Positions 16,573 to 23,386 of a DNA stretch of 23,386 nt are shown piece after piece (positions within the stretch are counted from its first letter, which is position 1; every line of letters begins with the position of its first letter). The stretch lies in NCBI GenBank assembly GCA_046759445.1, contig JBHICG010000056.1:1-23386 (forward strand), read 5' to 3'. Under the pieces are notes generated by a model. That model was not told the DNA's origin, searched no databases, and was given only the letters and a program-made list of their open reading frames with translations. The translations under genes were made by a program, and so were the position numbers. Source of the stretch: Candidatus Scalinduaceae bacterium. GTDB lineage: Bacteria > Planctomycetota > Brocadiia > Brocadiales > Scalinduaceae.

Positions 16573-16862
16573 GTACGAGTCAGATACCGAATTGCATCGT
16601 CTATCTTTTCTCACCATAAATATGAGATACAATTTTGATATGTAGAGAAAGGTATGTACATTGAGAAGTGGATTTCAAGTAGAGTAGTGTGGGAAAAGTA
16701 GAATAGTATTCTTTGTAAAAACTTCTTTTTCTCCTTACGTAAGAGCAAAATTTGTAAGTGTTTTAGTAATTATCTAGCTCGTACATTTAAGTTAACATTA
16801 AGCAGTTACCTACCGTTAATCCTTACTGTTTACTGCATCTTTTTGTTTGTGATTACACCGTG

Positions 16863-18185
16863 TTAAGGTTTTTTTGACAGCTCAATACCTACTACTTTCT
16901 CTAGTTCTGCGATGTTTATGCCAAAGTCGGCTATAGCCCTGTAATTTGCAAGTTTAAAATTAAGCAATACCCTCTGACTATCTATGAGGCTTAAAAAATC
17001 AATTTGCCCCGCTTGGTAACCTATCTCTGCCGCTTTAAGGGACTGTTCTGCCTGCGGGATGATACTATCCCTGTAAAGTTTAACCAGTCTTTCTTCAGTC
17101 TGTACCTTGAAATGCAGGTCTTTCACGCCAAATAGTGTCATGTTTTCCATGTTCCTGTATGCCTTTTCGCTGGATTTGAGTCTGGCATTTGCTTCTCTTA
17201 CACCTGCATCATATTTTCTTTTCTGAAATATCGGGACATTAACACTCAGTGTCCCCGTATATGAATCCCTGCTCTCTCCAACTGGTGATGACAGCACGCT
17301 TGAAGGCAAGTCATTAATCAAAGTATAATTAAGCCCAAACGTAAAATCGGGGAAATATTGTTTTTTTGCAAGTTTATGCGCTGCTTTGTCTCTTTCTATC
17401 CTGTATTTAAGGATGCCAAGCTCAGGACTAACCTTCTTTGCCTTTTGATAAAGTTCCGCAATCGAAACAGTAAGTTCCATAATATCTACTTCCTCGGGAA
17501 CACCAAGTGGAACATCCGGGTGACGGTTTAATAAAGTATTTATCCTTGCTATTGCAGTTTCTCTAAACTGCTCTAAAGTGATTAGGTCATTCACTATTTT
17601 GGAAAGTTCCACCTGTGCCTTCAGGACGTCCTGTTGTGTTGCTTTGCCAGTTGCATATTTTATCTCTGCAATCTTCACAAATTTGCGAAGGAGTACTTTG
17701 TTTTCTTCATTTATGTTTATTGATTTATATACCCAATACAACTCATAAAATGCTGATTTTGCTTTTGCTATAATTTCTCTTTCAAGCGTTCTATATTTTT
17801 CCTCAAATACCTTTGTTTCGTTCTCAGCAATTTCACCCCTTAATCTGAGCTTTCCATAGAAGGGTATCTTTTGCGATGCCGTAAACCCGGCCTGTTTCTC
17901 TCCCACGCGAGTTTGGACCTGTTCGCCATAATAAGTGAATCCTAAAACAGGGTCATCTAAAGCACGAACCTGCGGTATCCTTTCCTTTGATGCATCCGAC
18001 CTTAGTTTTGCAGCCTGGAGTTCAGGATTAGTTCTTAATGCTTCATCTATAACCCACCTTATTCTTATAATATCTACCCTTTCCTCCGATAATGCGATAT
18101 TGGCAAATCCCACATAAATCAATAATACAACCACCAATATCTTAGAGAAAAAAAAACTTTCTTTTATTATTTGTTTTAAATCCAT
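16863..18185 (-). CDS. TolC-family outer membrane efflux protein (CzcC/CusC-like)
   Basis: ALRTNPELQAA, SQKIPFYGKLRLR, YATGKATQQDVLKAQVE, YFPDF and YQAGQIDFLSLIDSQ repeat motifs of the OEP family. SD AGAGGT. Confidence 0.9.
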   Translation of the reverse strand: MDLKQIIKESFFFSKILVVVLLIYVGFANIALSEERVDIIRIRWVIDEALRTNPELQAAKLRSDASKERIPQVRALDDPVLGFTYYGEQVQTRVGEKQAGFTASQKIPFYGKLRLRGEIAENETKVFEEKYRTLEREIIAKAKSAFYELYWVYKSININEENKVLLRKFVKIAEIKYATGKATQQDVLKAQVELSKIVNDLITLEQFRETAIARINTLLNRHPDVPLGVPEEVDIMELTVSIAELYQKAKKVSPELGILKYRIERDKAAHKLAKKQYFPDFTFGLNYTLINDLPSSVLSSPVGESRDSYTGTLSVNVPIFQKRKYDAGVREANARLKSSEKAYRNMENMTLFGVKDLHFKVQTEERLVKLYRDSIIPQAEQSLKAAEIGYQAGQIDFLSLIDSQRVLLNFKLANYRAIADFGINIAELEKVVGIELSKKP

Positions 18186-18258
18186 AATTTACCTCTCTTT
18201 TAAATAATTGGTTATTGATTTTTTGTTATCTGTTATTTGTTTTTTCTTTTAAGCTAAT

Positions 18259-19614
18259 TTATTTTATATCGTACTTTTGCATTCTGTATATCAGAGTCTG
18301 TCTGGAAATACCCAGAAGTTCCGCCGCCCTTGTCTGATTTTGCTCAGCCTTGTTCAGGGCATTTATTATGAGTGTCCTTTCTACTTCCTCAAGCTTAATA
18401 CCTTCATCAGGAATTTCCAGTGATATTGGACCATAGACTTGCTTTATCCTTATGTGGTCGGGGATGTCTTCTGTGCTAATTACGTTGTCTTCTTTCCTCA
18501 GTACTAACGCCCTTTCAGTGATATTCTCAAGTTCCCTTACATTTCCAGGCCAATCGTAGCGATTAAATATATCAAAGACTTCTGGCAGTACCTTACACCC
18601 TCTTCCACCATGCTTGTCTATAAAGTGGTGTATAAGCAAGGGGATGTCATCCTTTCTATCTCTTAATGGAGGAAGCAGGATTGGGATTACGCTAATTCGA
18701 TAATATAAATCCTCTCTAAATTTACCTTCCTTAACGGCTATTTCTAGCGGTATATTCGTTGCCGCAATAACACGCACATCAACGTTGATATTTTGTGTGG
18801 CGCCAATCTTGTCTATAAACTTTTCCTGAAGAACTCTGAGTAATTTAGTCTGCAAATCTTTACGGAGGTCTCCAATCTCATCTAAGAAGATAGTACCCCC
18901 ATCAGCAGCCTCGAACTTTCCTGATTTATCCTTAATAGCTCCCGTAAACGCTCCCTTTACGTATCCAAACAGTTCACTTTCCAGGAGGTTCTCGGGAATT
19001 GCAGAACAGTTTATGGTTACAAAAGCCTTCTCGGCTCTTGAACTATTAAAATGTATTGCCCTTGCAATTAATTCCTTGCCAGTCCCACTCTCACCCTGCA
19101 ATAGCACCATTGAGTCACTCTTTGCAACTCGTGCAACCAGGTCGTATATACCCTTCATCTTTGAACTAACACCAATAACATTATTAAGACTAAAACGGTC
19201 CGCAAGCTCCTGCCTTAGCCTTATGTTTTCGGACATCAGAGATTGTAATTTCAAGGCTTTCTCAATAACGATTTGAAGCTCATCTCTATCAAAGGGCTTT
19301 GTAATATAGTCATGTGCCCCCAATTTCATAGCCTTTACGGCCGTTTCAATACTACCATGAGCCGTTATCATGATTACGAGGGCGCTGCCCTTGAGTTTCT
19401 TTATCTCTCCCAATAATTCTAACCCGTCAATCTTCTCCATCTTTATATCAGTGACAACGATATCGACATCTTCGCACCTAAAAATATCCAGGGCTTGCTC
19501 ACCATTACTCGCAAGAAACACCCTGTATCCCTTATTGCTCAGGTTATATTCGATAATCCTTCTCAAACTTTCATCATCATCAGCTATAAGTATTGTCTTT
19601 TTATTTGATACCAA
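18259..19614 (-). CDS. sigma54-dependent response regulator (NtrC/ZraR/AtoC family)
   Basis: Receiver domain, Walker A GESGTGKE, intact GAFTGA, FLDEIG, WPGNVREL and a Fis-type HTH. Confidence 0.95.
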   Translation of the reverse strand: MVSNKKTILIADDDESLRRIIEYNLSNKGYRVFLASNGEQALDIFRCEDVDIVVTDIKMEKIDGLELLGEIKKLKGSALVIMITAHGSIETAVKAMKLGAHDYITKPFDRDELQIVIEKALKLQSLMSENIRLRQELADRFSLNNVIGVSSKMKGIYDLVARVAKSDSMVLLQGESGTGKELIARAIHFNSSRAEKAFVTINCSAIPENLLESELFGYVKGAFTGAIKDKSGKFEAADGGTIFLDEIGDLRKDLQTKLLRVLQEKFIDKIGATQNINVDVRVIAATNIPLEIAVKEGKFREDLYYRISVIPILLPPLRDRKDDIPLLIHHFIDKHGGRGCKVLPEVFDIFNRYDWPGNVRELENITERALVLRKEDNVISTEDIPDHIRIKQVYGPISLEIPDEGIKLEEVERTLIINALNKAEQNQTRAAELLGISRQTLIYRMQKYDIK

Positions 19615-19635
19615 CTTATTCTTACCTCAAATATA

Positions 19636-20757
19636 TCACTCTGTCTCAATTGGCAAACTTACTGTAAAGGTAGTTCCCTGATTTTCCTTTGTCGTAAACT
19701 CAATCTTACCTTTTTGCCCCTCAAGTATCCTATGAACGATTGCGAGTCCTAAACCTGTACCTCTTTCTTTACCGGTGAAGAAAGGAGTAAATAATTTTTC
19801 CTGTTGTTCTTTGCTAATCCCCATTCCTGTATCTGAAAATTTGCACACTATCTCAGATTTATTTTGATGAGATTCAACCGTCAAAGTCCCACCATTTGGC
19901 ATGGCCTGGACTGCATTAATGATGAGATTCAGGAAGACCTGCTTCATTTGTCCCGGGTCAACGGATACAGATGGCAAGTCCTCTTCAAATTGTGTCTTGA
20001 GACTTATATTGGATTTTGCTATCTGATGACCGGTTAATTTAAGTACTGATTGGATAATATCATTTATGCTTGATAACTTTAGTTCTGGTGGTTTGGTTCT
20101 TGCGAAATCCAGAAATTCGGCAACAACAGTATCCAGTCTGTTAACCTCTTTTATGAGTATCTTTGCAAACTCATATTCTTTTTCTCCAGGCTTAAACTTG
20201 TCAGATATAATCTCAGCCGTTCCTTTTATTGATGCAAGAGGATTCCTGACCTCATGCGCAATACCGGCCGAAAGCTTACCCAATGCAGATAAACGGTCTG
20301 CACGTCTTAGTTGCTCTTCAGCCTGAACGAGTATCTCGGCTTGATTTTTCAATTTAGCATACGACTCATCCAAATCGCCCACAGCCTTCTCAAGATTGCC
20401 GGTTGCGTTCATCTGTCTTTGTGAAAGAAATCCTGTTACAAATCCTACCATGTTATAAAGAACAATCTCAAGTGTCTTTGGCAGGTCATCAGTGAGAAAG
20501 TTGCCTCCCCACTGATAAATAACATGTGGGAGATAAATAAAGCTCACAAAAATAGAACAGGATACTCCCCCCCTTAATCCAAACCAGAAGGCAGACAGGA
20601 TGATCGGAATATAATAGAGTCTCCTGTAAATCTCATGTAACCCATGATATTTATGTTCTGTGCTCGTTATGTAGTGTGAAAGGCTTATGGAAATTATAAA
20701 TAAAGCCAGGGCTAGAATTTTCCAGTAGTATTTATGAATAACAGTCTTTAAACACAA
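19636..20757 (-). CDS. Membrane sensor histidine kinase with His-rich intramembrane sensing domain
   Basis: N-terminal TM helices with SHYITSTEHKYHGLHEIYRRLYY. H-box AHEVRNPL, N-box NLIINA, DTGMG, FTPFF and GTGLGL. Confidence 0.93.
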   Translation of the reverse strand: MCLKTVIHKYYWKILALALFIISISLSHYITSTEHKYHGLHEIYRRLYYIPIILSAFWFGLRGGVSCSIFVSFIYLPHVIYQWGGNFLTDDLPKTLEIVLYNMVGFVTGFLSQRQMNATGNLEKAVGDLDESYAKLKNQAEILVQAEEQLRRADRLSALGKLSAGIAHEVRNPLASIKGTAEIISDKFKPGEKEYEFAKILIKEVNRLDTVVAEFLDFARTKPPELKLSSINDIIQSVLKLTGHQIAKSNISLKTQFEEDLPSVSVDPGQMKQVFLNLIINAVQAMPNGGTLTVESHQNKSEIVCKFSDTGMGISKEQQEKLFTPFFTGKERGTGLGLAIVHRILEGQKGKIEFTTKENQGTTFTVSLPIETE

Positions 20758-20777
20758 AATATCACCGTAAGTAAATT

Positions 20778-20793
20778 CGCAATTGTTATACCA
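20778..20793 (-). promoter_or_regulatory. sigma54 (-24/-12) promoter upstream of the kinase
   Basis: TGGTATAACAATTGCG gives GG-N10-GC with a TTGC -12 element. Confidence 0.6.
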
Positions 20794-20803
20794 ATCAAAT
20801 CAA

Positions 20804-20832
20804 ATAGTATGAGAGGCAAACCTTATTGTCAA
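20804..20832 (-). promoter_or_regulatory. sigma70 promoter upstream of the kinase
   Basis: TTGACA-N17-TACTAT. Confidence 0.6.
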
Positions 20833-21149
20833 GACCGTTCTGACGATAATTTTATGAATCATGGGTGAGATAAATTGGATGTTTTGCAACAGGAGATGTT
20901 TCATATACCACTATATTCTATAGTTTTGTAGTTATATTTTACAGGTTTTTTAACACAGAAAATGCCCGATTACGGCCTGCTTGCCTGCGAGAATGTAGAC
21001 AGAGCACTGAAACTTTTAATGATAACTGCGTTCCTTTCTCGTTTACTGTAATAACTTCGAGAAGAAAGTAAATCCCGTTGGAATTTCACACGGGGCATTC
21101 CTACGGAATAAAGTTAAAGTAACAGTTTGGGTTGCTATTTTGTTTAACA

Positions 21150-21173
21150 CATGTTACAAATATTTGTAACATG
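21150..21173. promoter_or_regulatory. Perfect 24-bp palindrome, probable operator
   Basis: CATGTTACAAATATTTGTAACATG, about 100 bp upstream of the SBP gene. Confidence 0.65.
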
Positions 21174-21271
21174 CATTAATTATGAATTACGTCATAAATG
21201 GCTTTTGCTGATTTACAATTTGCCTCCTAAATCTTCAAAATGCAGTTTAAGTGTATTTAAGTCAGGAGTTG

Positions 21272-22312
21272 ATGATTAAAAACAGCCTAATCTTTCATAT
21301 CATTTCTATAAGCCTTATGTCTTTAACCTTCATCGCCGGATGTAGCCAAAAAGATACTAATGAAGTTGTGGTCTATGTCTCGGAGGATCAAGTCTTTTCT
21401 GAACCGATCTTGAGGGATTTTGAAGCTGAAACAGGTATAAGAGTAAGGACCGTCTATGATACAGAAGAGACAAAGAGCACAGGGGCGATGAACCGCCTTA
21501 TTGCAGAAAAAGACAATCCACAGGCGGATGTATATTGGGCCAATGAGCCTATACGTGCTATTGTGTTAAAGCAAAAAGGGATATCTACACATTATTTCTC
21601 ACCTAACGCTGAAGGAATTCCTGATAATTTTAAGGACCCGCAGGGATATTGGACCGGTTTTTCTGCACGGGCAAGAGTCTTAATTGTGAGTGCGGGAGAT
21701 GGAGCGTCTTCCTCTATTGAAGAGACGCCTGCTTCCATTTTTGCCTATACTGATAAGAGATGGAGAAATAAAGGAGTGGTGGCAAACCCACTTTTTGGAA
21801 CTACTACTTCCTGGGTCGCCGCACTCTTTACTATCTGGGAGGAGGATAAGGCAAGAGATTTTATGGAAAGAATGAAGGAAAATGGCACAAAGACGTCGAC
21901 CAGTAATGGTGAATCAACTATGCTGGTTGCTAATAAGGAATTTGTATTCAGTCTTGTTGACAGTGACGATGCTACAAATGCAATAAGAGGCGGAAAACAT
22001 GTCAGGCAGATTAAGCCTGATCAGGGAGAAGGTGAACTGGGATGTCTTGTTTTGCCTAATGCAACGGTCTTGATAAAGGGAGGTCCAAACCCCGAAAATG
22101 GCAAGAAGGTAATTGATTACGTCTTATCTCCTCAAACAGAACGCAAACTGGCCTTTGCTGATTGTGCGCAGATTCCGTTACACAAGGGGGTTGAAACCCC
22201 AAATGATGTCATAAAGATTGAGGAGCTTGAAATTATGAAAGTAGATTTTGAGGCTGTGGCAAGGAAACTTCAAGAGATACAACCATATCTTAAAGAGTGG
22301 GTGGGTTACTAA
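21272..22312 (+). CDS. ABC transporter substrate-binding lipoprotein, FbpA/AfuA/FutA-like family
   Basis: Lipobox FIAGC, VVVYVS, RLIAEKDNPQADVYW, WTGFSARARV and GGPNPENGKKVIDYVLS motifs. ATG 21272 follows AGGAG; the ORF is open from GTG 21251. Confidence 0.88.
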   Translation: MIKNSLIFHIISISLMSLTFIAGCSQKDTNEVVVYVSEDQVFSEPILRDFEAETGIRVRTVYDTEETKSTGAMNRLIAEKDNPQADVYWANEPIRAIVLKQKGISTHYFSPNAEGIPDNFKDPQGYWTGFSARARVLIVSAGDGASSSIEETPASIFAYTDKRWRNKGVVANPLFGTTTSWVAALFTIWEEDKARDFMERMKENGTKTSTSNGESTMLVANKEFVFSLVDSDDATNAIRGGKHVRQIKPDQGEGELGCLVLPNATVLIKGGPNPENGKKVIDYVLSPQTERKLAFADCAQIPLHKGVETPNDVIKIEELEIMKVDFEAVARKLQEIQPYLKEWVGY

Positions 22313-22325
22313 CTTATTAATAATT

Positions 22326-22353
22326 CACCGCAGAGACGCAAAGAGCGCAGAGG
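22326..22353. repeat. Short degenerate tandem repeat (CGCAGAG-based, 8-9 nt period)
   Basis: CACCGCAGAGACGCAAAGAGCGCAGAGG. Confidence 0.55.
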
Positions 22354-22373
22354 ATACCATAAAAACTAACTAA

Positions 22374-22408
22374 TTATGATTGACGATTTATGATTACTGA
22401 TAGATGAA
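22374..22408. repeat. Degenerate heptamer tandem array
   Basis: TTATGAT|TGACGAT|TTATGAT|TACTGAT|AGATGAA. Confidence 0.55.
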
Positions 22409-22477
22409 TTAACATTGTGGGTTTCCCGCTAAAACGGTATTGCTGGACGTGAAAGCTTGCTTCTAGCATTCGCCTTC

Positions 22478-22505
22478 TACACCCTTCGGGGTGTATTTGG
22501 TCTTT
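22478..22505 (+). terminator. UUCG-tetraloop hairpin, possible intrinsic terminator
   Basis: TACACCC-TTCG-GGGTGTA followed by TTTGGTCTTT. Confidence 0.5.
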
Positions 22506-22520
22506 GATGTCAGGAAAGAA

Positions 22521-22548
22521 TTGAATTTACAATGTTTTTGTTTATAAT
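22521..22548 (+). promoter_or_regulatory. Putative sigma70 promoter of the TA operon
   Basis: TTGAAT-N16-TATAAT. Confidence 0.45.
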
Positions 22549-22602
22549 GAGTCTTCGGTAAATCATATTTTATATTATATAGATGAAAGGCAGGTAATAT
22601 TA

Positions 22603-22809
22603 ATGAGTGTAACATACAATACTTTAATAGAAGAAATTAAGAAACTTCCTTTTGGAGAAAAGGAAGAATTAAAATTCCTAATTGAAAAATATTTGGTAGA
22701 AGAGCGAAGAGACGAAATTTTTGAAAACTATAAAGAAAGTGTAAATGAATTTAAGCAAGGCGATTTAGAATTTTCAAAGGATGTAAAAAAATTAAAGGAG
22801 ATACTTTAA
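22603..22809 (+). CDS. Putative type II antitoxin (small, acidic, helical)
   Basis: 68 aa and Glu-rich. Directly upstream of and abutting a RelE-fold toxin gene. SD AGGT. Confidence 0.7.
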   Translation: MSVTYNTLIEEIKKLPFGEKEELKFLIEKYLVEERRDEIFENYKESVNEFKQGDLEFSKDVKKLKEIL

Positions 22810-23079
22810 TTGACGGAAATAGCTTTTAGTTCTTCTTTTAAGAAATCATTTAAAAAGACGATTAAGAGTAGAAAGAAGCTGGAAGATAGATTTTGGAAAA
22901 AAGTAAAGGTGTTTATCAGAAACCCATTTGATGAGCAATTAAGAACACATAAACTTTCTGGAAAATTAAAAAAGTTATGGAGTTTTACAATAGAGTATGA
23001 TGTAAGAGTAATTTTTTATTTTGCAGGAAAAGGTAAGGTGATTTTTGTAGATATAGGGAAACATGATGAGATATATTGA
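22810..23079 (+). CDS. Type II toxin, RelE/StbE/YafQ-family mRNA interferase
   Basis: Basic 89-aa protein with FSSSFKKSFKK, LRTHKLSGKL, WSFTIEYDVRVIF and DIGKHDEIY. TTG start with SD AAGGAG at 22795-22800. Confidence 0.88.
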   Translation: MTEIAFSSSFKKSFKKTIKSRKKLEDRFWKKVKVFIRNPFDEQLRTHKLSGKLKKLWSFTIEYDVRVIFYFAGKGKVIFVDIGKHDEIY

Positions 23080-23201
23080 TTTTTCAAGCAAAAAAAACAC
23101 TTAAGCTTCACTTTTATCACATTTTAGTACCATCAAATCAAATATAACTTACTTGACTATACGAGTAAGATTTTGCACATACACTTATATTCGCGAGCGT
23201 T

Positions 23202-23228
23202 GCCTGCCCAACGTTTTTTTTGGCGGGT
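23202..23228. repeat. REP-like imperfect hairpin
   Basis: GCCTGCCCAA...TTGGCGGGT. Related GCCTG motifs occur at about 83 and about 20975. Confidence 0.4.
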
Positions 23229-23288
23229 CAACTCACAGTCCTATAAAATTTTTAATTGACGATGAATTACGTTATTATGGGAAGTAAA

Positions 23289-23314
23289 GGCTTGCTTAGT
23301 TTCATAAGCAAGCC
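23289..23314. repeat. Perfect 10-bp stem hairpin (terminator or REP-like)
   Basis: GGCTTGCTTA-gtttca-TAAGCAAGCC. Confidence 0.55.
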
Positions 23315-23386
23315 CCATAAAATAGTCGCTGTTGTCCCAATACTGTTCGGCACGGTCTTTGATAAATGAGTTCAATAAATAAAGCT

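Noticed and set aside
7447..21875. Remaining short opposite-strand or alternate-frame ORFs nested in the long genes
   Set aside because: All lie within well-supported genes and show no recognisable motifs.
22326..22408. CRISPR array or integron attC site
   Set aside because: There is no repeat-spacer periodicity, and no RYYYAAC...GTTRRRY-bounded structure or integrase was seen.

Overview
AT-rich bacterial chromosomal window. Gene style and intergenic repeats suggest a Brocadiales/anammox-like organism or a similar low-GC anaerobe, but that assignment is inference only. From left to right: (1) an accessory redox region with a DUF2231-type membrane protein, a half-rubrerythrin/ferritin-like protein, a stand-alone receiver protein, a GC-richer cNOR pair (norC-norB), an FNR-like flavoprotein, a frameshifted coiled-coil gene and an MBL-fold hydrolase; (2) tRNA-Leu(TAA) and tRNA-Cys(GCA); (3) a minus-strand block with Sir2 deacylase, ROK glucokinase and a Bat operon (DUF58, accessory protein, batA-E) that lacks moxR; (4) a His-rich membrane sensor kinase, sigma54 activator and orphan TolC; (5) an orphan Fe(III)-type ABC substrate-binding lipoprotein and a RelE/YafQ-type toxin-antitoxin pair. 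The most notable points are a NorC with a second fused c-type heme domain and no norQ/norD, an apparent GTT start codon, a 57-bp MITE-like element with a second copy 15 kb away, and a perfect 24-bp palindrome.
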